From positions 1,496 through 65,495 of the forward strand of contig JAZQEH010000013.1 of the NCBI GenBank assembly GCA_045538895.1: a DNA stretch of 64,000 nt, given 5' to 3'. Position numbers and translations under genes: made by a program. The stretch is from Eubacteriales bacterium (GTDB lineage Bacteria > Bacillota > Clostridia > Oscillospirales > CAG-272). Each line of letters opens with the position of its first letter. Position 1 is the first letter of the stretch. Positions 36,593 through 44,867 of the stretch are shown one piece after another. Below the pieces are notes generated by a model, which saw nothing but the letters and a program-made list of their open reading frames with translations, was not told where the DNA came from and ran no database searches.

Positions 36593-37599
36593 TAAAGCAA
36601 TCTGATTCCGTTTTCTGCACAAATACGCACGGTTTCCTCGTCCCAGATGCTCGACTGCACCTCACCGATGTGGGCACAGCCCATAAGCAGCATACAAAGA
36701 CGTGACTGACCGATACCTCCGCCGATAGTGAGCGGAAGCTCATCATTTAAAAGCATCTTATGAAACGGAAGTTCTCTGCGATGGTTACAGCTTGCAATAT
36801 CAAGCTGTCTTGAAAGCGACTCTGCATCTACACGGATACCCATTGAAGAAATCTCAAGCGCATTGTCAAGCACCTCATTCCACAAAAGGATATCGCCGTT
36901 AAGACTCCAGTCGTCATAGTCTGGAGCACGTGTGCCGTGCGGCTTACCTGACTTAAGCATGCCGCCTATCTGCATTATAAACACCGTACCGTACTTGCGT
37001 GTAATCTCCTTTTCACGCTCTACGGGTGTCATGCCGGGATACATGTCCTCAAGCTCCTGAGAAGTTATGAATTTAACGTCACGGTTGATTTTTGTATGAA
37101 GTTGCGGAAAATGCACCTTGAGGCGGTTATTTGTATTGTAAAGTGCATCTACAATAGCACTTACGATAAGTTTAAGGTATTCGGGAGTACGGCTCTCCTT
37201 GGTGATAATCTTCTCCCAGTCCCACTGGTCAACGTAAATAGAATGTATATTGTCAAGCTCCTCGTCACGGCGGATCGCGTTCATATCCGTGTAAAGACCG
37301 TTACCCACTGCGAAGTTATAGCGTTTAAGTGCAAGACGCTTCCACTTCGCAAGCGAATGTACGACCTGTGCATCAACACCGATTGCAGGAACGTCAAACG
37401 AAACAGGACGCTCGTAGCCGTTAAGGTTATCGTTAAGTCCGGATTCCTCTGTTACAAAAAGAGGTGCCGAAACACGTTTTAAATTGAGTGCAGACGAAAG
37501 CTCGCTCTGGAACGTCTGCTTAATATATGCTATCGCACGCTGGGTATCATACTCATCAAGAAGCGGTTTGTACCCCTCGGGAACTATTACCTTGTTCAT
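36592..37599 (-). CDS. asnA: Aspartate--ammonia ligase (asparagine synthetase A)
   Basis: MNKVIVPEGYKPLLDEYDTQRAIAYIK... is AsnA-like throughout. Start sits behind GGAGGCAGAGAA. The track ORF to 37656 is rejected. Confidence 0.9.
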   Translation of the reverse strand: MNKVIVPEGYKPLLDEYDTQRAIAYIKQTFQSELSSALNLKRVSAPLFVTEESGLNDNLNGYERPVSFDVPAIGVDAQVVHSLAKWKRLALKRYNFAVGNGLYTDMNAIRRDEELDNIHSIYVDQWDWEKIITKESRTPEYLKLIVSAIVDALYNTNNRLKVHFPQLHTKINRDVKFITSQELEDMYPGMTPVEREKEITRKYGTVFIMQIGGMLKSGKPHGTRAPDYDDWSLNGDILLWNEVLDNALEISSMGIRVDAESLSRQLDIASCNHRRELPFHKMLLNDELPLTIGGGIGQSRLCMLLMGCAHIGEVQSSIWDEETVRICAENGIRLL

Positions 37600-37627
37600 T
37601 TCTCTGCCTCCTGAAATGGAATAATTT

Positions 37628-37656
37628 ATTATACTGCACATACAAAGCAAAGTCAA
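37628..37656 (-). promoter_or_regulatory. Sigma-A-type promoter candidate for asnA
   Basis: Minus strand reads TTGACT, 17 nt, TATAAT. Confidence 0.5.
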
Positions 37657-37666
37657 GAAATATAGG

Positions 37667-37838
37667 AAAATTAATGTTTATGGGAGTAACGAAGGCTCCC
37701 TCAGACGAGGGAGCTGTCAGCGGAACGCTGACTGAGGGAGGGAAAAAAGTAACAATTAGAACGGTTCCCTCCTTCCGTCGCCTTGCGGCGCCACCTTCCT
37801 CGTCTGAGGAAGGCTTGTTAATGTAAACATTAATTTAC
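37667..37838 (+). repeat. MITE-like element, shared-TIR family, core G (best-preserved copy)
   Basis: Left end is AAAATTAATGTTTATGGGAGTAACGAAGG and right end is GTAAACATTAATTTACC. The interior contains CTCCCTC-AGAC-GAGGGAG followed by TGTCAGCG-GAA-CGCTGAC. Confidence 0.8.
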
Positions 37839-37848
37839 CGCTTAAAAC

Positions 37849-37874
37849 AAAAATCCGCCCCAAGGCGGATTTTT
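37849..37874 (-). terminator. Intrinsic terminator after glyQS
   Basis: AAAAATCCGCC-CCAA-GGCGGATTTTT. Confidence 0.75.
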
Positions 37875-37877
37875 ATT

Positions 37878-39269
37878 TTAGAAATTGAGTTTTTCTTCGA
37901 TGTACGCCTTAAGGTCGCAAATCTTAACTCTTTCCTGCTCCATAGTGTCACGGTCACGAACGGTTACACAACCGTCGTTCTCTGTGTCAAAGTCATAAGT
38001 AATGCAGAAAGGTGTACCGATTTCGTCCTGACGGCGGTAACGCTTACCGATAGAACCGGTTTCGTCGAAGTCAACCATAAAGTATTTAGCAAGCTCTGCA
38101 CGAACCTCCTCTGCCTTGTCAGAAAGCTTCTTTGAAAGAGGAAGAATTGCCGCCTTGAAAGGAGCAAGTGCGGGATGGAGGTGCATAACTACACGAATAT
38201 CGTCCTCGCCAACGGTTTCCTCGTCATACGCTTCAACAAGGAAAGCGAGTGCAACACGGTCTGCACCGAGCGAAGGCTCAACAACGTAAGGTATGTACTT
38301 TTCGTTGGTTTCGGGATCGAAGAAGTCCATTGACTCGCCGCTGTGATTTGCGTGCTGTGTAAGGTCATAGTCGGTTCTGTCAGCAATGCCCCAGAGTTCG
38401 CCCCAACCGAACGGGAAGAGATACTCAAAGTCGGTTGTAGCCTTGGAATAGAAGGAAAGCTCTTCCTGATCATGGTCACGGAGCTTGAGGTTTTCCTTCT
38501 TCATGCCGAGGTCATAGAGGAACTGTGCACAATAATCCTTCCAGAACTTGAACCACTCAAGGTCGGTACCGGGCTTGCAGAAGAACTCAAGCTCCATCTG
38601 CTCAAACTCTCTTGTACGGAAAGTGAAGTTACCGGGAGTGATCTCGTTACGGAAAGACTTACCGATCTGGCAAACGCCGAAAGGCATCTTCTTTCTGGTA
38701 GTACGTGCAATATTCTTAAAGTTTACAAAAATACCCTGTGCGGTTTCGGGACGGAGATAAAGCTCGCTCTTGGAGTCTTCGGTTACGCCCTGATACGTCT
38801 TGAACATAAGGTTGAATTTACGGATGTCGGTAAAGTCCTTTGCTCCGCAATCGGGGCACTCAATGCCCTTTTCTGCGATGTACTGTGCCATCTGCTCGTT
38901 GGTCCAGCCTGCAGGATTATCATTAAGGCCGTTAGCGGCAACGTAATCCTCGATAAGCTTGTCCGCACGGTGACGTGACTTACATGCACGGCAGTCCATA
39001 AGCGGGTCGGAAAATCCGCCTACGTGTCCTGAAGCAACCCATGCTTCGGGGTTCATAATAATAGCGCTGTCAAGGCCTACGTTGTACTTGCATTCCTGAA
39101 CGAAACGCTTCCACCATGCCTTTTTAACGTTGTTCTTGAACTCAACGCCAAGCGGGCCGTAGTCCCAAGAGTTCGCAAGGCCGCCATAAATTTCGGAACC
39201 GGGGAAGATGAAGCCACGGTTTTTACAAAGTGCAACCACTTTGTCCATTGTCTTTTCGGAATTGTTCAT
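37878..39269 (-). CDS. glyQS: Glycine--tRNA ligase (single-chain class II)
   Basis: 463 aa, GlyQS-like throughout ([23 protein letters not shown]...). Confidence 0.95.
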   Translation of the reverse strand: MNNSEKTMDKVVALCKNRGFIFPGSEIYGGLANSWDYGPLGVEFKNNVKKAWWKRFVQECKYNVGLDSAIIMNPEAWVASGHVGGFSDPLMDCRACKSRHRADKLIEDYVAANGLNDNPAGWTNEQMAQYIAEKGIECPDCGAKDFTDIRKFNLMFKTYQGVTEDSKSELYLRPETAQGIFVNFKNIARTTRKKMPFGVCQIGKSFRNEITPGNFTFRTREFEQMELEFFCKPGTDLEWFKFWKDYCAQFLYDLGMKKENLKLRDHDQEELSFYSKATTDFEYLFPFGWGELWGIADRTDYDLTQHANHSGESMDFFDPETNEKYIPYVVEPSLGADRVALAFLVEAYDEETVGEDDIRVVMHLHPALAPFKAAILPLSKKLSDKAEEVRAELAKYFMVDFDETGSIGKRYRRQDEIGTPFCITYDFDTENDGCVTVRDRDTMEQERVKICDLKAYIEEKLNF

Positions 39270-39300
39270 TTTTTACTCCTATATATACAATATTTTCAAA

Positions 39301-40326
39301 CTAATTATCAAGATATTCCATTATGTCGGTAATCGCCGCATTGATATTAGGCATACCTGCAACGTTAACAGGGTAATCCAAAGTTACAAAATCAAAGCCT
39401 GCTATCGAGAACACAAGGTCGATATTATCGCTGAGTGCCTCATAGGTAACGTCGGTGCTTGCGTAGGTGCTGATATCCGTGAAAATCGACTTCGCACGCA
39501 CTATATTTGACGGGTTAGCCATTTTCTTTGCAAGCGAGATGAGGAAAGAAAACGTAGTCTTTGTTCTCGTGTTGCCGGAAGCGGGTGCATACGAATCATA
39601 TGAAAGCAATGCTGCAGCAGCCTCTCCGTTAAGCGCGGTTGCACCTGCTTTAAGAGAAATAGTCAGCCCGTTTGCCTCGTCAGTATACTCCATATCACAA
39701 GGAACATTGTAATTAATCGGACCAATTTTGTCAACTATACTTGTAAGAAGCTCAATGCTTGTAAGTGCATAGTAGTCAATCTGTGCTCCGGTTATTGCAG
39801 AAATCTTGTCCTTAAAGACATCGAAACCCATTTCATAATACAAATCGCCAAGCCTTGTTTCACCGCCGTTACATTCAACTCGCATGTAAGAAGGCAGGTT
39901 AACGCACGCAACCGTGCGGGTAACCTTGTTTACGCAAACCAGCATAATCGCATCGGCACTGACTGTTCTGTACGGGTATTCCGGCAGGTCGCCGCCATGG
40001 CCGATAAGCTTTTCGGATGAAGAAAACATGGGGTAATGCGAAGCAATCGACGGATGATAGTCCTTATTAAGACTCGGACGGTAGTCGGTACCGACAAGCA
40101 GAATGTTAAAGGATTCCCCCTCAATCTCGTCATCGGGAAGCGGATTGATCACATCGCCCGAATTATCTGTATCAACAACCTCTAAGGGCTCGGTAGTTTC
40201 TGCCGGCTTTCCGTTTATAAGCTCCAGAATACTCTCCGAAACAAAGCCGGTTATAAAATAAGCACATGTGCCGAATACAAGCAATGCTATTAAAAATGTA
40301 ATGAAAAAATTTCTAAGAGAAATCAA
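39301..40326 (-). CDS. LCP (LytR-CpsA-Psr) family cell-wall polymer transferase
   Basis: TTG start behind AAAGGAGG. N-terminal TM, and FNILLVGTDYRPS with an LCP-like core. Confidence 0.8.
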   Translation of the reverse strand: MISLRNFFITFLIALLVFGTCAYFITGFVSESILELINGKPAETTEPLEVVDTDNSGDVINPLPDDEIEGESFNILLVGTDYRPSLNKDYHPSIASHYPMFSSSEKLIGHGGDLPEYPYRTVSADAIMLVCVNKVTRTVACVNLPSYMRVECNGGETRLGDLYYEMGFDVFKDKISAITGAQIDYYALTSIELLTSIVDKIGPINYNVPCDMEYTDEANGLTISLKAGATALNGEAAAALLSYDSYAPASGNTRTKTTFSFLISLAKKMANPSNIVRAKSIFTDISTYASTDVTYEALSDNIDLVFSIAGFDFVTLDYPVNVAGMPNINAAITDIMEYLDN

Positions 40327-40358
40327 AGCGATCCTCCTTTTATCAGTATTAACATCTT

Positions 40359-40387
40359 ATTATATAACACTTTGCAATTTTTTTCAA
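40359..40387 (-). promoter_or_regulatory. Sigma-A-type promoter candidate for LCP-glyQS
   Basis: Minus strand reads TTGAAA, 17 nt, TATAAT. Confidence 0.45.
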
Positions 40388-40412
40388 TACATAAAAGCGA
40401 TTTTTCCGCATC

Positions 40413-40441
40413 TTGACTATATACCGGCAAAATGATATAAT
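40413..40441 (+). promoter_or_regulatory. Sigma-A-type promoter candidate for the methyltransferase genes
   Basis: TTGACT, 17 nt, TATAAT. The predicted TSS lies near 40448, so the ATG at 40448 would be leaderless. The ATG at 40466 has a GGTGAG SD. Confidence 0.45.
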
Positions 40442-40447
40442 AAAAAG

Positions 40448-41848
40448 ATGAAAGTTGGTGAGCAAATGCTAAAAAAGAACGATATTTTCACCGTCGGAAT
40501 CGAGGATATGAACTTTCTCGGCTTCGGTGTTGCTAAAATTGACGGCATTGCCGTATTCATAAACGGTGCGGTTACGGGTGACGTAGCACGCATAAAGATT
40601 ATCAAAACCGCAAAAACCTATGCAGTTGCAAGAGTTGAGGAGCTTGTTTCAAACTCGTCTGACAGAATAAGCGATACTTGCAAGGTGGCAGCATCCTGCG
40701 GCGGATGTGCGTTTCGCTCGGTCAACTACGAATATGAAAAAGGTCTTAAAGAAAACTTTGTTAAAATGAGTTTTGTCAAGCAAGGCATGCGTGCCGTAAA
40801 GGTTGCACCGCTTACCTATGCAGGGCTTGAAAACTACCGCAACAAAGGTCAGTACCCTGTGCGTAAAAACGCATCGGGCGAAACGGTTATCGGGTTCTTT
40901 GCAGCAAAAAGCCACCGTGTGCTCGACTGTGCGGACTGCAATCTGCAAAACGCTGCGTTTGCACCTATTATTGAAGAAATCCGTGCTTTTTTGAACGAGT
41001 TTGAGGTTAGTATTTACGATGAAGAGAGCGGTAATGGGCTTGTTCGGCACATATACCTGCGTATCGGCGAAAAGACGGGCGAAATCATGCTTTGTATGGT
41101 GCTTTGCGGTGAAAAACTGCCTCACGAAGCTGAGTTTATAAAGCGAATCACAGAAAAGTTTCCTTCGGTAAAGTCGCTGTACGTAAACACTAACACAAAA
41201 GACACAAACGTTGTGCTTGGCGACAAATACCGCCTGCTCTTTGGCAAAGAATATATTACCGATATTCTCTGCGACGTAAAACTCATGATCACCCCGCAAT
41301 CATTTTATCAGGTCAACAGAGATGCGGCGGAATTGCTTTACCGCAAGGCGGCTGAACTTGCAGAATTTTGCGGCAATGAGCTGCTCCTCGACCTCTACTG
41401 CGGTATAGGCTCAATTGGTCTTTCAATGGCAAAAAGCGTGAAAAAGCTTATAGGAATAGAGGTTGTCCCCTCCGCCATTGAGTGTGCAAAGAATAATGCC
41501 GAGCTTAACGGCATCAAAAACGCTTCTTTTTATTGCGGAGATGCGGCAAATACCGAGAAAATGCTTGATGCGGCAATGCAGAGCGAGGGAGAATTTGTTC
41601 CAGATACGGTTATCCTCGACCCTCCGAGAAAGGGCTGTGCCGAGGAATTGCTTGAATATATTTCAAAACTCGGTGTTGAAAAAATAATATATATCTCCTG
41701 TAATAGCGAAACTCTTGCACGTGATGCGAAATTCCTGTGTGAAAACGGTTATAGGATGGGCGAAGTGTATCCGTTTGATTTATTTCCAAGAACAGGACAC
41801 GTGGAGTGCGTGACAAGTTTTAAGAGAAGCGGCAGTGTCCTTTCTTGA
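40448..41848 (+). CDS. 23S rRNA (uracil-C5)-methyltransferase, RumA/RlmD family with TRAM domain
   Basis: TRAM N-terminus, Cys cluster (CGGCAF...), SAM-binding fold and C-terminal HVECV. Start is uncertain (40448 or 40466). Confidence 0.85.
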   Translation: MKVGEQMLKKNDIFTVGIEDMNFLGFGVAKIDGIAVFINGAVTGDVARIKIIKTAKTYAVARVEELVSNSSDRISDTCKVAASCGGCAFRSVNYEYEKGLKENFVKMSFVKQGMRAVKVAPLTYAGLENYRNKGQYPVRKNASGETVIGFFAAKSHRVLDCADCNLQNAAFAPIIEEIRAFLNEFEVSIYDEESGNGLVRHIYLRIGEKTGEIMLCMVLCGEKLPHEAEFIKRITEKFPSVKSLYVNTNTKDTNVVLGDKYRLLFGKEYITDILCDVKLMITPQSFYQVNRDAAELLYRKAAELAEFCGNELLLDLYCGIGSIGLSMAKSVKKLIGIEVVPSAIECAKNNAELNGIKNASFYCGDAANTEKMLDAAMQSEGEFVPDTVILDPPRKGCAEELLEYISKLGVEKIIYISCNSETLARDAKFLCENGYRMGEVYPFDLFPRTGHVECVTSFKRSGSVLS

Positions 41849-41920
41849 GAAGAAAGGACCAAAGAAAAACTATAATAAAGGTTTGGAGAGCGTGAGAACC
41901 TTTCCTTAAAAGGTTCTCAC
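41837..41920 (-). repeat. Core-A element, inverted and internally deleted, fills the spacer between the two methyltransferase genes
   Basis: Hairpins GTCCTTTCTT-GAG-AAGAAAGGAC (this one contains the upstream gene's TGA) and GTGAGAACCTTT-CCTTA-AAAGGTTCTCAC. Confidence 0.7.
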
Positions 41921-41931
41921 AACCTATACTT

Positions 41932-43119
41932 ATGTCTTACGAAAATTTCAAATGTCCCATATACAAAAAATGCGGTGGGTGCCAGCTTGACGTTACTTAT
42001 CCGCAACAGCTTTCTTACAAGCAACGCACCGTTATAAAAATACTCGGCCGCTACTGTCGGGTGTTACCTATAATAGGCATGGACAACCCACTCAATTACC
42101 GCTGCAAGGTAAGCGTTGCATTCGGCTACTCACGTGGTCAGGTAATAAGCGGCATATGGCAGTCCTCAAGCGGCAGAATTGCAAAAACCGACTTTTGCTC
42201 CCTTGAAGACAAACGTGCGGAGCATATTATCAAAGCAATTAAAAAACTGCTTCCCTCTTTTAAGCTGAAAACCTATGACGAGCTTTCGGGCAGCGGCTTT
42301 TTACGCTTTGTAACTATCAGAATCGGCAAGCAAAGCGGCGAAATTCTTGTTGCACTCGGTACCGCAAAAGGTGCTTTCCCTCCGCTTAAAAACTTTATTC
42401 AAGCACTTGTTAAAGAGTGTCCCGAAATTACCACAATCACACGGAACATAAGCACCGACCGCTTGAACCTTTTGCTCGGCAAGGACGAAACCGTTCTCTA
42501 CGGCAACGGCTATATTACCGACAGTCTTTGCGGCTACAAATTCAAGATTTCGGCTCGCTCATTCTTTCAGGTAAACCCCACCGCTACCGAAAAGCTCTAC
42601 TCCACCGCAGTGGAATTTGCAAATCTTAGCGGTGATGAAACCGTGATTGATGCATACTGCGGCGTTGGTACAATCGGAATCATTGCATCGGGCAAAGCGA
42701 AAAGCGTTATCGCCGCCGAGCAAAACAGTGATGCCGCAAAAAACGCCGCCGAAAACGCTCTACTTAACGGCGTCAAAAACTACCGCATTGTTAACGGCGA
42801 TGCAGGAGAGTTCATGGAAGAAATGGCGAAAAACGGCGAAAGTGCCGATGTGGTTTTCACAGATCCGCCACGTGCAGGATGCTCAAAGCAGTTTTTAAAG
42901 TCACTTATAACCCTTGCACCAAGCAAAATCGTTTGCGTTTCATGTAACCCCGAAACTCTTGCAAGAGATTTGTATTTTCTCACTAAAAACGGCTACAAAG
43001 CAGAGAAAATACAACCCGTGGATATGTTTCCTTACACAAAACACGTGGAGTGCGTTGTTTGTTTGAGTAGGGAAAAGGCCGACGACTATATTCGTATTTC
43101 TGTGCATACAAGGACTTGA
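41932..43119 (+). CDS. RNA (uracil-C5)-methyltransferase, RumA/RlmCD family without TRAM domain
   Basis: N-terminal Cys cluster (CPIYKKCGGCQ), SAM fold (DAYCGVGTIG, DPPRAGC), HVECVV, then an atypical short tail. Confidence 0.85.
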   Translation: MSYENFKCPIYKKCGGCQLDVTYPQQLSYKQRTVIKILGRYCRVLPIIGMDNPLNYRCKVSVAFGYSRGQVISGIWQSSSGRIAKTDFCSLEDKRAEHIIKAIKKLLPSFKLKTYDELSGSGFLRFVTIRIGKQSGEILVALGTAKGAFPPLKNFIQALVKECPEITTITRNISTDRLNLLLGKDETVLYGNGYITDSLCGYKFKISARSFFQVNPTATEKLYSTAVEFANLSGDETVIDAYCGVGTIGIIASGKAKSVIAAEQNSDAAKNAAENALLNGVKNYRIVNGDAGEFMEEMAKNGESADVVFTDPPRAGCSKQFLKSLITLAPSKIVCVSCNPETLARDLYFLTKNGYKAEKIQPVDMFPYTKHVECVVCLSREKADDYIRISVHTRT

Positions 43120-43166
43120 GAAAAGGATAACCTGATCGATAACCTATACTTATGGAGGTGTTCTAT

Positions 43167-43481
43167 ATGTTTGACATTACTGTTGATGATGTCCTAAAAG
43201 TTTATGAACAGCTGAAAGACAGATATGATTTGCTCCTGACCACCACCTCTGAACTGGATGAAGGTTTTACTGTGGATTGTCCTATCATTGTAGGTAAAGC
43301 CCATGGACAAATTATCGAATTGTACGAAGACGGTGGTGACTTTATTCTGGATGTGATGGATGCGGAACAAACAAAGGGCACCCACTGGCATCCCAACGAT
43401 GTAGAAGGTGCGATAGGTTATATTGTAGAATTCATGGAAGGTAAATCGGATTACAAAATGTATCCTTTCAAGCAAGTGTAA
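43167..43481 (+). CDS. Acidic hypothetical protein (104 aa)
   Basis: ATG sits behind GGAGGTG. No family recognised. The region looks more AT-rich than its surroundings. Confidence 0.45.
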   Translation: MFDITVDDVLKVYEQLKDRYDLLLTTTSELDEGFTVDCPIIVGKAHGQIIELYEDGGDFILDVMDAEQTKGTHWHPNDVEGAIGYIVEFMEGKSDYKMYPFKQV

Positions 43482-43547
43482 GGTGTTTAAACGAGATATA
43501 ATGTTTGAAATATCCGTTTGCCAAATGCCAATATGATAAATACTTTG

Positions 43548-43607
43548 GTAGACTCCCTACCTAAAGGGACAACTGTGGAGTGTGTTGTGTCACTCGACAA
43601 GAAATAA
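43548..43607 (+). pseudogene. Orphan 3'-end fragment of a RumA-family methyltransferase gene
   Basis: In-frame VDSLPKGTTVECVVSLDKK-stop, compared with VDMFPYTKHVECVVCLS at the end of the 41932 gene. GTGGAGTGTGTTGT matches GTGGAGTGCGTTGT at 13 of 14 positions. A stop codon lies upstream at 43506. Confidence 0.55.
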
Positions 43608-43644
43608 TACAAAAATATAAATCTTAATCGGTCAATATGTTACC

Positions 43645-44016
43645 GTGCCCAAAACATATAGTTTGTACATGCTAAAAAAGAAAAACAAGATTTTCATCAC
43701 TCCCGCAGAAAAGAAATCTGGAGCACATTTTGAATTCCGCTATTCTTGGTTAGAAGAGAATTCTTTATACGTGCCAGTGAGCAAAGACACTATCTTTTTC
43801 AAAGAATACTTTAAGTATTTGGAACCCACAGAAACCCCGGATGGAGGAACAAAATTTGACGGTTGCGGTATAAACTATTATACAAAAAAGCAAGCCAGAA
43901 TAATATTCGAAAGAATACAAACAGATAAGCCCAAAGAGTACATGGTATTGCTTGCTTGGCTTGAAAAATTTTTAGCAGATTCTTCAGAAAACGGATTTTA
44001 TATATTAGGCGTTTAA
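43645..44016 (+). CDS. Basic/aromatic-rich hypothetical protein (about 115-123 aa)
   Basis: ORF has a GTG start at 43645 or an ATG at 43669, with no clear SD. AT-rich. No family recognised. Confidence 0.45.
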   Translation: MPKTYSLYMLKKKNKIFITPAEKKSGAHFEFRYSWLEENSLYVPVSKDTIFFKEYFKYLEPTETPDGGTKFDGCGINYYTKKQARIIFERIQTDKPKEYMVLLAWLEKFLADSSENGFYILGV

Positions 44017-44085
44017 TCAGCTTTGATAGCAAAGCGGATGCTTGTGAACTGCGTAACGCTATGATTTTAGGAGATTAAAAAACAT

Positions 44086-44715
44086 ATGACTAACACCTAC
44101 ATTTTTGATATGGACGGGACGCTTATAGACTCGGTTTATGCACTTGACAATTCAACACGTGCTTTTTTAGACGAGCTTGGCATTGACTATCCCGAAAATA
44201 TCGTTGAAATAATCACGCCTCTCGGATACACCGGTGCGGCGGAATACATACAGTCCCTCGGCGTTGACAAAACCGTTGACGAGCTGACAGATATTATGAA
44301 AAACGGCATGATAAAAGAATACGAGCAAAGCATCCCTGCAAAACCCTTTGCTGTCGAAGTTTTAAAGAAACTGCATGATGCAGGCAACCGCCTTTGCATA
44401 CTCTCTGCAAGTCCGCACTTTTTAATTGACCCTTGCGTAAAAAGACTTGACATTGAAAAGTTTTTTGATCATATCTGGTCTACAGACGACCTCGGCTTGA
44501 AGAAATCCGATACCAAAATCTATTCTGCGGTTGCAGAAGCACTCGGCACCGCCGTTTGCGACTGCGTGTTTGTTGACGACAATCTCACCAACATCAAAAC
44601 CGCCAAAGCCGCAGGCATGCAGACTATTGCCGTGTATGACCTGACAAGTGCAGGAAGTGCCGATGAAATGAAAAAAGCTGCAGACAGGTATATTTATACA
44701 TTTGAAGAGTTTTAG
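44086..44715 (+). CDS. HAD-superfamily hydrolase
   Basis: Motif I is IFDMDGTLIDS. The fold fits the HAD family. SD is AGGAGA. Confidence 0.8.
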   Translation: MTNTYIFDMDGTLIDSVYALDNSTRAFLDELGIDYPENIVEIITPLGYTGAAEYIQSLGVDKTVDELTDIMKNGMIKEYEQSIPAKPFAVEVLKKLHDAGNRLCILSASPHFLIDPCVKRLDIEKFFDHIWSTDDLGLKKSDTKIYSAVAEALGTAVCDCVFVDDNLTNIKTAKAAGMQTIAVYDLTSAGSADEMKKAADRYIYTFEEF

Positions 44716-44725
44716 TAATAATTGT

Positions 44726-44830
44726 CAGAACCTTTTTGTAAAAACAAATTGTCTGTAGCCGCGGCTACTTATTAAATATTTTACAGTTTTTCTTTGGTTC
44801 TTTCTTTTTAAGAAAGAACACCTTCGTTCC
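44726..44830 (+). repeat. Core-A element, truncated (no first hairpin, no terminal TIRs)
   Basis: GTAGCCGCGGCTAC followed by AAATATTTTACAGTTTTTCTTTGGTTCTTTCTTTTTAAGAAAGAAC. Confidence 0.75.
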
Positions 44831-44867
44831 AAAAAAGAGTATCAGCATAGCTGATACTCTTTTTTTA
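44831..44867. terminator. Bidirectional intrinsic terminator
   Basis: AAAAAAGAGTATCAGC-ATA-GCTGATACTCTTTTTTT, between convergent genes. Confidence 0.8.

Noticed and set aside
37527-37826. ORFs spanning the repeats (37527-37826, 13549-13758, 62253-62636, 15578-15943).
   Set aside because: They are translations of palindromic repeat DNA (Gly/Pro/Ser/Arg-rich). They have no SD and are not conserved as protein between copies.
41921-41934. Exact 14-nt repeat AACCTATACTTATG at 41921-41934 and 43141-43154, each ending in a start codon. It could be a cassette junction.
   Set aside because: A handful of 14-mer coincidences is expected by chance in 64 kb on two strands. I kept it only as a weak side note to the HVECV breakpoint finding.
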